Shown here in pieces: positions 12,501 to 25,300 of a DNA stretch of 48,713 nt. Each line of letters starts with the position of its first letter. Position 1 is the stretch's first letter. The stretch is from positions 1-48,713 of the forward strand of contig UYFQ01000547.1 in assembly GCA_900617105.1 (NCBI GenBank), in the 5' to 3' direction. Source of the DNA: Hydrurus foetidus (taxonomy: Eukaryota). The notes under the pieces were generated by a model. It worked only from the letters and a program-made list of their open reading frames with translations. It ran no database searches and was not told the DNA's origin. A program made the position numbers and the translations under genes.

Positions 12501-13964
12501 ATTCACTTTTCTTGTACCACTGTACGTGCTTAAGGACATCATCATGAACGCAAAGGGAGACCCTGTCCCTCATTCCCTTCTTTCCTGCACTGTTCTTTTC
12601 CTTAACTCATTCTTTTATTTCTTATCTTGTCTTTTCTTTTCTTTTTTGTTTCGCTTTTTTTCATTCTTTTTCTTCCCGTATCATCTCTCCTCTTGTTTTT
12701 CCACCTCGTCCTTTTCTCTTATCATCTCTACTCTACTCTACTCTACTCTTCTCTTCTTTTCCCTCCTCGTCCATCTCTCAATTTTCTCATTATCATTGCA
12801 AATTTTTCTTTACTTTTAAGGCGAATTTGATTGCCGCGCTCGATACTGTGAGCAAGAAAAATGATGGCATTAATTATTCTCGATTTGGATATTTAGTAAG
12901 TGGGTCCATCGAAGTTCTCAATGCGATGGCGATGCCGTACGGTACGTACGTGCGTGCGCGTATGACAGAGTGTGTCTGTGAGTGGTTGTCATTACAGTTT
13001 TGATGCCATATTCGAAGTATTGCGAAATCTTCGACATACTGGAATTGCACACATATTATGCTCCCTTACCTCTTATAATCTTTTCCTGTCTTTTTTTGCC
13101 TTACAATTACAATTTGTGACTTGGTTAGTTATGTAATTATGAATCTCCTTCCCGGTTCTGTTTACGCAATGTCTTGATGTGTTCAGCGCCACACCAATGA
13201 AATTTAATTTATCATACGCTAACTTTCATTCTATGGTATCTTACCTTATATTTCATTGTTTTATATTATTTTAATTGCTGCGTATAATTTTTGATTAATT
13301 TTTGCTACATTCTGTTTTAGAAGACATTCAAAAAACCTCATCGTTACACACTACCTTCTCTTCTCATCTATACACTCTTCACTTTACATCACATTATTTA
13401 ACTTTTATTTCGTTTCATTTTATTTTTCGTTTTTAGGAGATATTCGAGATCCCATCGAAATGCATCCGGGTTCAGAATCGCCAAGTGCGCCTAGTAATGC
13501 ACAAAATAAAAGTGCAGTGGATTTGTTTTTATTCGGTGTTGCCATATCTTGTCTCACAGGTGAGTGATGTGTATACTTAGAGTGGTTTGTAATTCTTGCA
13601 TTAGATTTCACTCTACGTTTCTTTTCTCGTGCATTCCAAGAAAAGTTTTCTTCTGTGGTTTTTATTGTCACTTTATTGTGCTAGTTATTTCTTTTGCTTT
13701 TTTACTCTTTACGAATTTTCGTCATCAGTTGCTTTTCACTTTTTCAGGCCACATAAACTATTTATATTATCACTTTCATTACTTATTAAATATCATCTTT
13801 ATCACTTACATTTTTCACTTGTAACTATTTGCATGGATCATGTAACTTCCTCAGTAGCATATGGCTGTGCGACTTGAAATCATCTCATAGCGTCTCATTT
13901 ATTATCGACTTACTTCGCACTTTTGTCGCGTCATCAAATTGTCTTACACTATTTATTTACGTTT

Positions 13965-14011
<47 letters not shown>

Positions 14012-14035
14012 CTTCTTTATTTTTTATTTATTTCT

Positions 14036-14098
<63 letters not shown>

Positions 14099-14905
14099 TT
14101 AGTTATTTATTTATGCCATTATTTATCCATTCATTCTTTATCCTTCTATCCCCTCCCTTCTTCTCTCTCGTTCTCTCTCTCTCCCTCCCTCTCTCTTCTC
14201 TTACCCTCTTCCTCTCTCCATTCGTTTTTGTTCGAAATTGTAGGAATCGTAAAAATCAATTTATTTCACATTTTTTTCTATTTTTCTAATCTTCCCGATA
14301 TTTCTTCTTTTATAATACCTTCTTCATTCTTCTGACCACTACCTCTTTCACTTCCTCTTTCTCTACCTCTTTCTCTTTCATCACCTTTTATTTAACAGAT
14401 TTCCGGAGGAAGTTTACGGAAAATGTGGAACAAATTTACGAAAATGGGAGGAGGGGATGAGAAATATTTGTAAGTTGAATTCAAAATTAATATAATTATT
14501 AAAATTCTTCTTAATCGATAATGTTAATGACATCACTAAACATCTCTGACTGACAATTATTGTTTATATTTGCGTACTTTATTTTAATTACTTTGTGTAA
14601 AGATTCAATGTTACATTTTTTGCATTATTTAATTACTCATTTTTGGTTTTACTCATTCCAATTTATAGTAGCAATCATTCTAATTATCTTCCTCACATGC
14701 TGACCTACATGTTCGTAAGTGCATACGTGTTAACACATTTCTTTAAATATGTTACACTGTTTTATTGCACTACAGCAAAGTGGAGTTAACCGGTGAGGGT
14801 GACGACGTGTCCAGTCCGTTTATGGCTGCACGTACGAACGTTCCGTTTTCATCGGGTGGTGGAGCTGACGATGAATTAGACAGAGAAGATAGAGATAACA
14901 ACTAA
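2163..14905 (+). CDS. A1-family aspartic protease, plasmepsin V/ASP5-like, with signal peptide, TSP1-like repeats, TM helix and cytosolic tail
   Basis: Phase-consistent exons (ends approximate to within a few nt): 2163-2303, 3568-3681, 3822-3972, 4296-4397, 4762-4838, 5323-5392, 5772-5897, 6371-6454, 6767-6906, 7299-7398, 7829-7914, 8468-8557, 8782-8826, 9219-9333, 9807-9927, 10440-10591, 10784-10927, 11345-11435, 11686-11761, 12056-12149, [12496-12521], 12821-12941, 13438-13559, [14244-14248], 14399-14469, 14776-14905. Motifs: YVGTPAQRQSVIIDTGS, Cys-rich PCVGCSQCGSH insert, flap SYSEGS, FGC, ADGIMGM, IVDSGTT, ILGANFM...VIFD...VGFA. Confidence 0.93.
13950..14112. repeat. (TTTA)n microsatellite, intronic
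   Basis: Direct reading of the tandem ATTT units. Confidence 0.95.
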
Positions 14906-16987
14906 AAGTGCTAGATACACTTAATTTTGATGATTTTTAAGATAAAAAGATGGCGGAAGATGGTGTATATATTGTTGCGAATCGACATCAATAAAGACGA
15001 AGAATGATTAAGGGAAAATATGTGAAGCAAAACTAATTAACAAATTGAAGTACACTAAATCGTAACAAAATAAAATAAAACAAAACAAAACGAATGACGT
15101 AAAATGAGATATGGTAATTCAAAATAAAGACTAAGTAAGTCAAATGAAATTTTGAGCGAGAGACCGTATAATGCGTACGTGTTGATGTACAGCAATAGCT
15201 GGGCGAAATCTAGATTAATTTTAATTTTAATTTAATCTAAGTGTACAATTTGATTTAATTTGATTTAATTTGATTTGATTAGTTTAATTGAATAAAATGC
15301 AATTGACGGTTAGAGCTAGAAGGTGAAGGGAAAAAACGGTCCGAAGTAGAAAGGAAAGAAAAAGTGAAGTTAGGTGTGGTGAGAGAGGAAAGCATCGTAC
15401 GTACTGTAGTGTACAGTACAGTGCAGTACGTGGTGTGTGATACAACGCTGATCATATACAATGTGACACAGCTGACTGTTATATAGTATGAGACGATTCT
15501 ATTTCGTTTGACAATAAGAATGTTTTTGATTCGTTTGTAATCAAAAGATGAAGAAAGAAAAAGACTATTTTAGATTGTCAAGAAAGTAAGAATTGGTACG
15601 AAGTTCTCTTTTGTAACACATTGCACATGATACGATAAAGACAGAACAGAAAGAAGAAAAACAAATAGCATGATAGTTGGCGTGGTATGATGTAAGAAAC
15701 TGTTAGGGGTTACCAGATGAAAAACGATAAAAATGAAGCAGCAGTGTAGTGTAATATTTGAGAAATGCAATAACAGATAATGATAAAAAAGATAAATCAA
15801 AAGTGAGAATGAGAAGCGCACAACAATGGGAGAGTAAGGACGAAAAATGGTAAAATTCAAGAGGAGAGAAATCAATAGTGTAGCGGTGGAGAGTAAATAA
15901 TATTCAATGCAACAAACTGAGACACAATTTCGCTCAACTAAGTAAACAAGTCAAACTCTAGTATTCCGAAAAATTGGCTTCTTCTTGCAAGATCAATGAT
16001 AGCATTCCGTTTTTCGCCTTTTTTCCCCGCCTCGTTCTTTTCACCTTTATCTCTCATTCTTGTTTTTTTCGTTCATTTCCTCGCCTGCTCTGTCCATGCT
16101 TCATCGTCTAAACACCTGCCCTCTCTCCTATCTATCCATCTCTTCAGATCTCATCTTGATTGATAAATAAATGAAAAAGAAAACACACATAAACGCACAC
16201 AAGTACATCACTAACTCTATCAACTTAATTCGAGGCATTATAGTATTGAATTAACTGATCTACTCTTTTTTCCGTGTACATCAGAAAATTAAATTGATTT
16301 TCCTCTCCCCATTTTCTATTTCTTTTTCGTATCGAAAGTAATGCTGTGCATCATATTATAACTTTCCATTTCACTGATATTTTTTTGTAAATTAAGTTCT
16401 ATCAAAAATATAACACCAAAATATGCAATTTTTTTCAAACGTAGCAATCGAATCCTCAAGACCATCATTAGACAACAAGAAAAAATTGTAATAAAGTCAC
16501 TTAAAATTAGTTAAATTTAAAATATTTATTCTGCATTCAATGTCGTGAGATTTTTTTTTAGATACATTACAATATTCATGAAATAAGGAGGAATGCTTTT
16601 TCTAGTAACGTACGATTTTCAATGATCAATTGTCTGTCCAATAATTAGTACATTTTTGAAACGAAATAGTGCAATCTCTTTCTTTCTTGCTTTCTTCAGA
16701 ATATCGTGCAAAAATGTTTAAGATTAAAATATGTATTTAGTATTTATAAAAATAAAACCTCAGTAAAAATCGAATAAAAACATGTATTATTATACTGTAA
16801 TATGTATGTGCGAGAAACTAGAATTAGAATATAATTATCGACTCGATAAATGGATTAAAACATAGGAAGATTTAAATACAGCAAATTGTATTGAGTGAAG
16901 GAGGGAGTAAGGGTCGGGATTCTGGTGTAAAACAACCCAAATTTGCTGCAATTTCATTTTATTTTCTATTTCGATGATCACGATTCA

Positions 16988-18905
16988 CTAATATCTCCTT
17001 CTCCCGAACAACCCAGCTACACTACCGAATCCTCCTCCCCTGCTGCCCCTCCCTCGTCCTCTTATCGAACTATTAAACATGTTCAAGAGCATGATAAAGG
17101 ACGATACATTCATGCCAAAAAATGGTCTCGCGTACTGTGCGCCTAAAATATCCGGAAAATACGGGGGCAATTTATATGCCCCGGCTATGATAGCCGTCCA
17201 TAACGGCCAAGATAAGCCGTAAGACGTCTCATACCCGTAATTAGAATTTCGACCGTGGTTACGACGATTTCCGTAATTTCCGTTTCTGTTTCTACCGTTT
17301 CCATTTCCGTCATATCGAGATTCTCTATTTTCGTATTCTTGAGTGAAATCATCTCGTGTGTTGTGATATTTATTCCTGTCTATTTTGGGCCTTTCCGCAT
17401 GATCAGATGCATACACATTGTCCTGCTCTCTCGTACTGCGGTAGACTGGTTCTGGCATTTCCCCTCCTCTATATCCCGAACCTGTCCCGACTGTCCCACC
17501 ATATCTACCCCCCATATAGTTTGAATTTGCATTTGAATGTAAATATGCATTTGAAGGCGAGCCGGAGTAGACTAGGAAATATAATAAAAACGCTACCACA
17601 GCGATTCCGAGGTACATACTTTGGTCAGGCGAAAGGGATAATATCTTCGCTAACAATTTAATGCACCACATTTTCGCAATTTCAAGATATTTTTGAATTG
17701 TTGTACTTATCGCTTTCCAGTCGAATGACGATGTTCTTTCATTTTGAGTAGGAACATTAGTACTATTATTTCTTTGTTGCTCATTAGGACAAGGAATGTT
17801 CCTTGAATTGTTCTGTGTTCTGAAAGAATGTTCCTTAAAATCGTCGGAAGTATCGTTCTTGCTTTTTTTGCCTTAATAAGTCAGAGTTATTATTCGAATA
17901 AGGCTTGAAATTATTTGGCATGTCTGGTGAGGTATATAGATAATTGTTGAGGTCAAAACATAACAGCACTTTTCAGGATTTTCTTGAACATATTTGACGA
18001 ATATAGAATGAGAATCGTTGTCCTCAGCGGAAATTTTTGTGGTCAAAATATGGTCTTGATGTTAAGTTGCGGATTCGACAATGCACTTATTTGTGCTCAC
18101 GCAATCAATTAGAAAACGATAAATTGATAGTTCTGATAATTTTCATTGAAAGACAGCTGGCTCAGTGGACGATACGAAATATCACAAACAATTGCAACAC
18201 AACATGTCAATGCGATATGACTCCGGAGTGCACTACAGTATCATATATAATATTGATGAAATAAAAATCAAAAAGTGCGGAATACAAAACACAAAATATA
18301 ATTCTTCTCACCATTTAACAGTTCTCTCAACGATTCAAGCGAAGCCACTGTGTCACTGTTGGAAGGGTCCAATTCTGCAGCACGCTCAAATGCACTTATC
18401 GCTTCTTTGATCTTGCCCAGATTGCGCAGACTCTTTCCAAGGCGAACATATCCTGGAATGTGTAGGATTGTTAGGATTATATTTCACATTTTACTGATAG
18501 TATGTTCTTGAAGAACTTTGAGTAACCTTTTGGCCATGTCGATTTTATATTTGTGCAAATTTCCGCATCGCCCCTGGCTGCTTCATACTCGTGGAGCTGC
18601 AAGTAACATGCACTCCTATTGCTACAAGAAGGCAGAACATCGTCGAAAATAGTAAGTAATAGACGGGAATTCATTAATATACACATTCAGCGTATTGGTT
18701 GACGTAAGCTCAGTGATTAAAAACAGGAGCGTAGTCGTTACTTTTTGCGTAAATCAGACCTGTAATATAGATGTAATTCGCCGTCGCTCTGTGTACTGTG
18801 CGAAATCGCAATAGAGTACTGCGCAATGGACTCAGGATATCTTCCTTCCCTGTATAGCTTGGCTCCGCTCTCCTTTGCTGAACGGACAACAGATGATGCA
18901 GTCAT
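16988..18905 (-). CDS. TPR-domain (Hop/STI1-type, 3 TPRs) protein with TM segment, Asn/Gly/Arg-rich linker and hydrophobic C-terminal region
   Basis: Exons 18905-18760, 18621-18527, 18452-18312 and 17871-16988 splice in frame. TPR motifs: AKESGAKLYREGRYPESIAQYS, YSNRSACYLQL..YEAARGDAE.C, WPKGYVRLG..L..LGKIKEAISAFERAAELDPSN. TM: YLGIAVVAFLLYFLVY. Confidence 0.88.
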
Positions 18906-19429
18906 TTGCTGTCTGAAGATTTGTTAGCGCAGCTTTCTTGCGACAATAATTGTCCGAAATAATCTGTGATTGCTCTGAAATGAGTTGAATTCGAATTACG
19001 TTTTGATTGCTCAGAATCGGCGCGACCACGGGGAACCTGCTGACCTCGCGGAGTATCCTGCTAGAGATCTCCCGCTGAATCAACAGTACAATGAATCACT
19101 TCAGCTGAACAGTTAAGGAAACTACAAGTAACTTGAAACTTCTACAGTTTATGTTTGATGCCTCCGCTCTCCGCTCTCCGATCTCTGCTCGAAGATTGAG
19201 ATTGGAAATGTTCTTCACAGCGATGTTGTTGAGCATTTTAGATGACATTAAGAAAATGTATCAGGATTCAGCATATTAGCTGTAATTTGATTATTTTAGC
19301 CATCGCACTAAATGTAACGTTGTAGTTCGGGCATTCCGATGTGATGGATGTGTGAGTATCTTGCGAAAGTCAATCAGGCTTTGTCACCTACCCTTCCTCA
19401 CTGCCATTGTCTGTCAGACATTGAAAAAC

Positions 19430-19947
19430 ATGCAGCTCATCATCGCCCTTATTGTAGCCATTGTGGCATCAGCCAGTGCTTTTGCACCACGCTCCGCAGC
19501 TCGCGCTCAGACTTCTATTGTACGACCACAACACTCAGTTCAAAACACTCGTCATCCTAGATAACAAAACAATAATTCTTCTATTCGACACTCTACTCTT
19601 CCATGATAGTCAATGAAGATGCAGCCATCTTTCCTGAAGAAGCTTGCAGTCCCTGCCGCCATTCTTCCTTTCCTCGCCCCAATGGCTGCCTTTGCCGCTG
19701 AGGGCACCGGAAGAGTAAGCATCTCTCTCACAGCGAATGCCACCAATGAAGTTCACTGTACATTCTTACATTCTAACTAAATACCAATCATAACTCTTTA
19801 CCACAGGCCTTCGGCATCGACGATGGCAGACTCATCTTCGCAGCATTGGCTCCCTCTGTCATCATCTTCCCCTTGTACCTTCAGTGGTCAAGTCAGCAAG
19901 AGTCTGATGACTTTTTCGACGGCTATGAGAAGAGACGCCAGGGTTAA
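19430..19947 (+). CDS. psbW: Photosystem II reaction centre W protein (nuclear-encoded, tripartite presequence)
   Basis: Exons 19430-19519, 19610-19714, 19807-19947. Signal peptide ends ASA-FAP, followed by a transit peptide and a thylakoid signal ending AFA. The mature part is AEGTGRAFGIDDGRL, one TM helix and an acidic tail (ESDDFFD); EGTG is the PsbW hallmark. Confidence 0.85.
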
Positions 19948-20892
19948 AAATGGAATCGCTTGCGCAACGCTTGTATATAATTCGCCGCGCGGAACTCTAA
20001 ATTTCACCCGCTTATATCTTAAATCGTTGCCCGATTATTATAAATAAACTTATATTATATCAATCACTGGACGACTACCCTTCATATCGTGTGGAGTGAA
20101 TGACGGAATTGAGAGATGCAAACTTCACGCACGCCTGCCAATCGATTGGGCAGTCAGCGATCACTCATCTATCTTGGGCAACTAACCGTGATCTGAAAGG
20201 AGGGGAATCTGCGATGTTCCAACATGCATGACTGCATCTTTGATCAAAAAGCTATTGGATGCGACGGAAGTTATAACAGGCTGTAATAATAGATGTAGTG
20301 TACATTCCAGGTATTATTACGACAGACGTGGACGAATAACTCGCGTAACTTCACACAAATATGCGTTCATACAAAAGTGGACTATGTCTGACGGGGAACA
20401 TCTCTTAACTCTCCTGAGGCCCCGAGACACACAATCAAGGAAAATAACACAATTCCAAGTTGAAGCGTCAGAGGATTACTTCCCTGAAAACGCCTTAAAA
20501 TTTCATTCAACAAACAGAAGTAATGGTTCTTTCATGAAATGCATTGTGCAGATGCAAAAGAATATTCCCCAATCGGATGGGTAGCATGTCATTGATCTCC
20601 TGCTTTCTTCTGTATCAAAATAGAGCACAAGTGTCTCATACATAATGAATACCGATTGTGACGCACTGTCTAATCATCTAACGAAGACTGAAAACAAAGG
20701 GGAAACATCGAAAACATGAAAACCCGTTTTTCACTTCAACAGAATTTCTGAGATCACTGAATACTTCAATAACTGCCATGATATCCTAAGGTGCCTTAGA
20801 TTACTGTGGAACATTGCAGAGATTTTCAGATCAAGCTCAGTCACAAATCTTTCATTTGTGATCGCGGAGTTTCGGTGCAGCAAAATATAGTG

Positions 20893-21470
20893 ATGTTTCT
20901 CCTCGGATGTCGTGTAGCAAATCAAATGTTTCTCGGGTATGCTTTTCCGGGCAACGTGGCTATCACTAAAGCAGCTGTGGCGAAATTTCGTTTATGGCCT
21001 ACCGATATCGATTTCTTCTTTCATATGAATAATGCATCCTATCTCAGAGTTGCTGAGTTATCTCGTTGGTAAGTTCTGATCACGACATCATTCATCAGGC
21101 ATTTGAAATTCTTCGTTTCACTGACTTATGCTCGACTTGACACTTCAGGAGAATGCTGACTGAGTCTGGCATGCTCAATTTTATGCTGACCAGAAAAGTT
21201 ATGTTCTTGGTTGTTGAACAATCAGTCACCTATACGAGACCAATACATCCCCTTGAGACTTATGCCGTCTCGACAACAATCAAAGTATCAGATGACGACA
21301 AGTGGGCTTATTACAGCCATTCATTTGATGCTCCAGCCAATCCTAAGAGCGATAAACCGCCTAAACATTACGCCCTCGTCACGGTGAAAGCTGTTATGAA
21401 AGAAACTAGCGGAAAAACGATCAAACCATCCGAAGTTTTGTCCACGTATCACGAACATATCACAAAATAA
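20893..21470 (+). CDS. Hotdog-fold acyl-CoA thioesterase-like protein (THEM6/4HBT-like)
   Basis: Exons 20893-21068 and 21149-21470. Motif RLWPTDIDFFFHMNNASYLRVAELSRW, then VVEQSVTYTRPI and ...GKTIKP. Confidence 0.88.
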
Positions 21471-22309
21471 ATCACTGACAGTTTTTTGGATTGTTTATTG
21501 GCGATTTGCCAACTCCAATACACCCCTAGCAGTCGAAGTTGCGTATCTAATTTACAAAAGCTGTGATTCGAAAGAGGGTCGCAGTCTCTCATCATCAATC
21601 ATTGTCAGCCGTACATTCTTACAGCAATGTAGAGATAATGCATATCTTCAGATCTTGCTGATACTCAGAGGTGGTCGATAGTATTCTAATTGCCTCTTAT
21701 GCCTTACGCATTCTGTGCGGGTAGTTAACGATATAATCGAAATGTCCTGTAATGATAGGAATGGGGGGGGGGTCGGGCATAGCCAGAGTCACATTTCACA
21801 ACATGATAAGTTCTCAGTCTACGAGTGAACTCAAACAGAATTATCGATTTGAAAAGTCCATTCTCTTCAACTTGAGAGTAGAGCTCTGCTCAGCGTTGCT
21901 TACTGTAACGAATTGACATTCTGCTCTACTTCAGAACTCTATGCTCCCACATATCTCGCGAAGTTAAGTCATCATAAGACTGGAAAAAAATTCTCAGGGT
22001 AATGTGAGTCGATTTTTTCTGTATAAGGCAAAAAATGAATTACATTGTGGAGTATGTACAGAAACATTAAAAATTATCAAATATTACAAAAGCACTAATT
22101 TTCTCCAAGAATTAATTAAAAAAGGATAAAATAGAACACAACAATATTTTGAATTTTGGACTTTTTTTTGGCTTCCTTGCTCTAATTTATTATCATGTAT
22201 GATGTTCGCGGAGTTATTTTCAGCAGGAGGAAATAATTCAGTCAATTTGAGTTGCACTGATTCCTTTCAGCAGAATACTAAAATTTCAAAATTCAAAACA
22301 CGGAAAATA

Positions 22310-25300
22310 TTAGAATTTGTCGTATTTTTCATAATCGATAGAATCTCCTCCGGGACTTCTTCTCTTACGCGGTTTAACATCTTCCATTCCCAGCTCTGAC
22401 AACCATCTATTCTTGCGGTCATTGTAAACGAAATCCCACTCGCCTGTGAAGTAATTATGGCGAAGAATTAGTTGTCACTGTTTTCGAAGTTGTTTAGATT
22501 GCAGTCCACTGGTATACTGAGTGATAACCAGTATCAGCGAATAAACGGCAGCATGCAGTAGTGCAGAACAGTACAGTGTATCAACTAACCGATCATGACC
22601 AGATCTCCCTCTTGTGCTCCTTCTTCCTTCAGAGCTTCAGATATACCCTAAAAAGTAGATAAAAAATGATATGCGATGATAAGAAAATAATACAAGAAAT
22701 GGTGAGAGGAGTTAAATGACAAATTTAATTAATGATGGCTGTGTGCAACCTAACTCTCATTTTTGATATTCATTAATGACATTTAGTCATGCTTGAATCA
22801 TGTGATACGCACATAGATAACAAAGAATTAGTGGTTACCTGAGCGTCTAATATCCTGTGGAACCTCTGAACGCTTTCATAGTAGTCCCAGTTCATCGTCT
22901 CGGCAACCTGAAGACAATTAGAACAGAAAAAATATCAGAAGTCATGATAATGGGACAAATAGAAGGATATTGATGTGAGTTTACAGGAGGTGTGATGTAG
23001 TGTGATAACACGTGATGCGGAATGACATGACATGCTATGTTGGATGTGTTGAAATGTGGTATATGTTTTGATGTGATTTCGCATATTATGAAAATGAAAG
23101 TTTGACATTTCGTAGAAGCAGAGTAAAATACTCATTTTCAATTCACGAATTCAAGGTCAAAACTGTGTTTTTCAAGACACCCATATCTCATAATAGAGAA
23201 TGAGCAAAGATGTAATACAATATTTTTACAATATTTCATACAATAAAATGTGTCAGGTGTACCTTTTCGATCTTGTCTCCCACAACTCTAAATTGACCCG
23301 GGAAAGCGTCATCAGTGAAGACCTCGAATTTGTCCGTCATTTCGTCCTCGAAAGAAACGCGTTCTTCCTCTTCAGTGAAAAGCTCGAAGTCGCTCTGGGT
23401 GGGGAGAGACTCGACCACTTTTCGCACCCTCATCATTAACTCCTTCACTCTGCGTTATGTGACGTAATATGGTGCGGTGTTATATGATGTTATTTGAAGT
23501 AATAAGATGTCGCGTCATATCATGCAATATAGTTTGAGGATATGGTGTCCTGTTAAAAGCGATGTAATATTCAATAAATGAAAATATAAATGGGAAAGGT
23601 AAAATGATTATAACAAAGATTTGAGTGTCTACAAATAAACACTCGTTGCGAAAAGATATAAAAGACACAACAAACCATGTACTCTGTGTTACCGAAACAG
23701 AATAAAATGTCCACTAAAAATTACCGAATCCAAGGTGGAAATGAAATGGTGATTTCAACAGTGCTCGGTCTATTTTCGTTCTGTGTTTCGGACATTTCAT
23801 TCCGTATTGGTAATGCACACAACAATTTAGGCAGTGTACCTCTCTCCAGTGGCAGCACTGATACCCAGAACTCTTGTGTGTCCCGCTGCTGCCTTTATTC
23901 CTTTGGTCAACTCTTCCAACTTCTCTCTCACCTCGGGTATGTCGATCTTGTTGATCACAACCACCTGCGTGTGGTTTAAAATACAATACTGATTACTCTT
24001 GCAAAGGAGTCATTCTGTCTACTGATTAAATGTAATTGTTCTTGTGTGCATATTTTGAAGATATTATACTTAATATGAAATACGGAAACAATTAGTTCGA
24101 TATTTGTGGAGATCTTACTTGTTCTCATATCACTAGTAATCTCTCGTCCACCTTCACCATCACTTGCAAATAACAATGTTGACTGCTCCACTTGCATCAA
24201 CAAAAACCATATCAAATCTAAAACTAGATACGACATGACACGACAAGATGTCAAACATACAAACAAATCCGCTGCTGTCCTACATATCACATACCTGAGT
24301 TTTGAGTGCTAGTTTGGGGTTGAAGAGTTCCAGCTCTTGGTTGATGGCGATGAAATCTCCGACAGGGTCTTCGCTGTCTCCACGCACAACATGCACTAAT
24401 ACTCTGCAGGAAGTACATTGGAGAATTAGCAGTGTGAGAAGAGAAAATCGTTATGAGAATGGCTTAATGGATTAGCTGTCTCACATGCACTAACATTCTC
24501 CAGTACGTGTATTCAGAAGAGTGGAAATAGAAGTGCAACGTTAGATAGAGGGAAGACATCTAGTGATGATAATGCGAAAAAAGGAAAAACAAATGACCAT
24601 TTTTGTTCATATTCTTCAGTCTTCGACTATAGCTACTGCTTTTGTCACAGTGATCACTGCGGTTACTATTATCCTCATTATCAGTTTCTTTTCTTAGGAT
24701 GTGTACCAGATCAAGAGCTGTGGGTATACTACTAGTGCGTGTCTGTGTGCTCATTGATGCATGTATCGGTGATATCATCAAAGTTGTTATGTTTGGAAGA
24801 ATCAGTTTTGCTCAATCACTGCACTGCAGTGCACTATCTCTAGTCTACTATAGCGTAGTGTAACTCATCATCTCAATGTCTGTCTGTCTCTTACTGTGTG
24901 TGTGTGCTCACTGATGCATGTATCGGTGATATCATCAAAGTTGTTATGTTTGGAAGAATCAGTTTTGCTCAATCACTGCACTGCACTGCACTGCACTATC
25001 TCTAGTCTACTATAGCGTAGTGTAACTCATCATCTCCATGTCTGTCTGTCTCTTACTGTGTGTGCTCATCGATGCATGTATCGGTGATATCATCAAAGTT
25101 GTTATGTTTGGAAGAATCAGTTTTGCTCAATCACTGCACTGCACTACACTGCACTGTACCGTACTCCATTATACCGTACTGCACTGCCTTGCACTGTACT
25201 ACCTTACTCCATACTCAACTACGTTACACTGCGCTGCGCCATACTACACTGCACTACACCATTCTACACTGGAACATATTACACTGCACTACACTGCACT

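Noticed and set aside
20228..20584. 118-aa ORF between psbW and the thioesterase
   Set aside because: No homology recognised and no supporting gene structure.
24743..25145. Regularly spaced repeats as a CRISPR-like array
   Set aside because: The whole unit is repeated with no unique spacers, the context is a eukaryotic intron, and no cas genes are present.
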